Source: Candidatus Rokuibacteriota bacterium (GTDB lineage Bacteria; Methylomirabilota; Methylomirabilia; Rokubacteriales; CSP1-6). Taken from it: a stretch of 64,000 bases of DNA. Position 1 is the first letter of the stretch. Every line of letters begins with the position of its first letter. The stretch spans positions 3,980 to 67,979 of the forward strand of contig JAHFDN010000007.1 of assembly GCA_023248995.1 (NCBI GenBank), in the 5' to 3' direction. The translations under genes were made by a program, and so were the position numbers. This document shows positions 63,776-64,000 of this stretch, piece after piece. Below the pieces are notes generated by a model. The model did no database searches. It was not told where the DNA came from and saw only the letters and a program-made list of their open reading frames with translations.

Positions 63776-64000
63776 CTACCGGAGCGGCGAGAACTCCGTC
63801 GGGACCAAAATTTTGGACTCCATCACCTGCATGAGCGGCTGGAGCTTTTCCACAGTCTGTTTCCAAACCGGGTCGGCCATACAGGCCTTCCGTAGCTGGG
63901 CGCGATGCTCCAGGCTCTCGTACTGCCAGAGATGGACCACGCGGTTCAGCTCCCCGAGCTCAGAGGACCAGATGGCCACGGGCTTACTGTACTTCAGGCG
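63776..64000 (-). CDS. NIPSNAP-family protein (partial; the 5' end runs off the window)
   Basis: ..VVHLWQYESLEHRAQLR..DPVWK.. is a NIPSNAP C-terminal pattern. The frame stays open to the window end. Only 4 nt separate it from nuoD2. Confidence 0.55.
   Translation of the reverse strand, partial: RLKYSKPVAIWSSELGELNRVVHLWQYESLEHRAQLRKACMADPVWKQTVEKLQPLMQVMESKILVPTEFSPLR

Overview
This is a gene-dense, high-GC (about 65-70% by eye) bacterial chromosomal segment that is almost entirely housekeeping. Nearly all genes lie on the minus strand in long arrays with 1-4 nt start/stop overlaps.

Main content, low to high coordinate:
- PBP1A C-terminus (partial), then a minus-strand array hexapeptide/gamma-CA - hisS - aspS - phoH - ybeY - era - recO - glyQS.
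- An outer-membrane beta-barrel gene followed by a large secreted FG-GAP protein.
- bioF-bioA-bioD on the plus strand.
- A TPR lipoprotein, an FmdB zinc-ribbon gene, a SAM hydroxide adenosyltransferase and ispB.
- Two more secreted/lipoprotein paralogs, a methylmalonyl-CoA mutase large subunit and pccB.
- A plus-strand DUF948 - YtxH - DUF4337 trio.
- A 14.4 kb co-directional block lipA - nuoABCDEFGHIJK - pdhA - pdhB - E2 - lpdA, preceded by tRNA-Leu(GAG).
- An ABC peptide-type transporter (binding protein plus two permeases), then secG - tpiA - pgk - gap, comF, lapB-like, dksA, rsfS, nadD, proA, proB, obg, rpmA, rplU, and an ECF sigma / TetR pair.
- A second partial complex I cluster nuoD2-H2-I2-J2-K2-L-M-N, with a NIPSNAP gene upstream running off the window.

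No CRISPR array, transposase, integrase or obvious defence island is present.

Most notable non-coding and organisational observations:
1. An approximately 77-bp GC-rich intergenic repeat in 3 copies, with a covarying hairpin.
2. A 25-nt motif that directly abuts two stop codons.
3. Complex I genes split into an A-K set fused to the pdh/lipA genes and a D-H-I-J-K-L-M-N set.
4. Three paralogous secreted proteins sharing an unassigned beta-rich domain fused to a TolB-N/CsgG-like domain.
5. Several unusually consensus-like sigma70 promoters with inverted repeats in a GC-rich background.

Hand-derived coordinates can be off by 1-2 nt.
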